From NCBI RefSeq assembly GCF_009914755.1, contig NC_060926.1: 64,000 nucleotides of DNA; one strand, 5' to 3'. Position numbers and translations under genes: made by a program. The notes beneath the pieces were generated by a model that saw only the letters and a list, made by a program, of their open reading frames with translations, was not told the origin of the DNA and ran no database searches. Below are positions 62,646-64,000 of this stretch, piece after piece. Each line of letters begins with the position of its first letter. Positions within the stretch are counted from its first letter, which is position 1. The DNA comes from the human T2T-CHM13v2.0 reference genome, Homo sapiens.

Positions 62646-64000
62646 TATACTATCAAAGATCTGTGCCTTACTGTGTGGTTTTCTTTTTACTGGAATTTAT
62701 TATCTCGTGAATTTTTATGGCAAAAAAGGGGGACTGATGAAGAAAGTCAGTGAAATGTTTCCATCCAAAGGGCTAAAGTTTTCATGTGATAGGTTTAAAA
62801 TATTAGGGAAATTGTCTTTGAAAGTGTTTGCCTTCACCATGTAGAGAGTAAGGTATACTTATATGTCTTGATTCTTTAATTAATAATTCGACTTTGCTTG
62901 CCACTTAAAAATTAGAATCAAATTCTGAATGGAGAGTAAAGCCCACATATATATTGGAAGGGAACCAGGCAATAAACTATCTGATTTACAGAAAACAAAG
63001 TGTTTCATGAATGCTTTCCTTAACCCAAGCTTTACTTGTAACTTGAGCCAGGTTTTAATTTTTGAAAAAATTTAAATGGCAAAAATATGTGAACCTACAA
63101 ATAAATAGGGAGTGATAATCGACTGTTGAGGCCAGTGAGTGAACATGTATTTGATGTGGCCCTGAGATAGAGGCTGTGAAAGGAGTTTCTTGGAACTTAT
63201 CAGGAGCCCCCAGAGCATAGGTTCACACTTTATACCTCGTGACTTTTAGAGCAGGCAGGGTCTGTATTCAGGCCTGCAGAAAAATAAGTGTAACACTTTT
63301 TTGAACTGTATAAAAACAATGCTTCTTTCTATTTGTGTTTGGTTTATATTACCTAAGAAGCATGTTCTGTATTATTAGGGTAGATACCACTTCTGTGTTT
63401 ATTCTAATGAAAATGAAGAAGGAAACAGTCCCCACCAATATTGTGAAGTACTTAATGGTTTTTAAAATCTCTACGAGACTGGCCAAAGTAAAAATATAAA
63501 TGAAATAAATGGAAATGTAGCCGTTACTTTCCAGTTTATGTGAGTATCACGATGCAATATTTGGAACTGATTGCAACTGCTGTAAAGTACTTTGAGGAAA
63601 CCCATTAGAAGAGAATTAAAACTTGAACAGATTAGCTGATCTCTAATGGCCCTAGGAGAAGATCTTGTATTGCTTCAAAATCTTTTCTGATTCTCATCAC
63701 TCAACCTTCTTGGCTATGTAAACAAAGGAAGCTTTCCTTTTGTTTTCCAGACGTTTGGAAAACAAAATTTTCCAGAGCTGTGCATCTGCCAGGAAATGTT
63801 TCTTTTAACCTGATATCATAGATAGTTTTAAAAGCTAAAGTAAACTCTGGATTTTAGATTTCTATATCCCAGGTTGAGAGTAATAAAACTAAAAGAGGAA
63901 GCTTTTTAGGTGCTAGTGATTATTTAGTGATGGTAACAGGGATCACTGATATTTTTACTTTCTTTTTTGTATGTTGATTTTGTATCCTGTGACCTCGCTG

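Overview
Primate (almost certainly human) genomic DNA, mostly interspersed repeats: about 38 Alus, several L1s, MER4/MER21/MaLR LTRs, hAT MITEs and MIR/L2/L3 relics. It contains two clear processed pseudogenes: an SRSF3 retrocopy (+, ~19.8-20.3 kb) and a full-length, long-3'UTR RPL22 retrocopy (-, ~22.6-24.6 kb). A very degraded C2H2 zinc-finger relic lies at ~42 kb. The key feature is a CpG island starting abruptly at 47445 with CGG tracts, a small 5' exon and the first coding exon of AFF3 (MDSFDLALLQEWDLESL, GT donor at 47857), followed by intron-like sequence to the window end. The flank upstream of the CGG tract does not look like a continuing AFF3 promoter. From memory (unverified), the SRSF3/RPL22 retrocopy neighbourhood matches 2q13 upstream of RGPD5. 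I therefore infer a partial segmental duplicate of the AFF3 promoter, broken at the FRA2A-type CGG repeat. An ATG at 47423 in the foreign flank reads in frame through the repeats as polyGly/polyAla and, after splicing, into the AFF3 start, resembling the NOTCH2NLC uN2C arrangement. Repeat boundaries and subfamily names were assigned by eye and are approximate.
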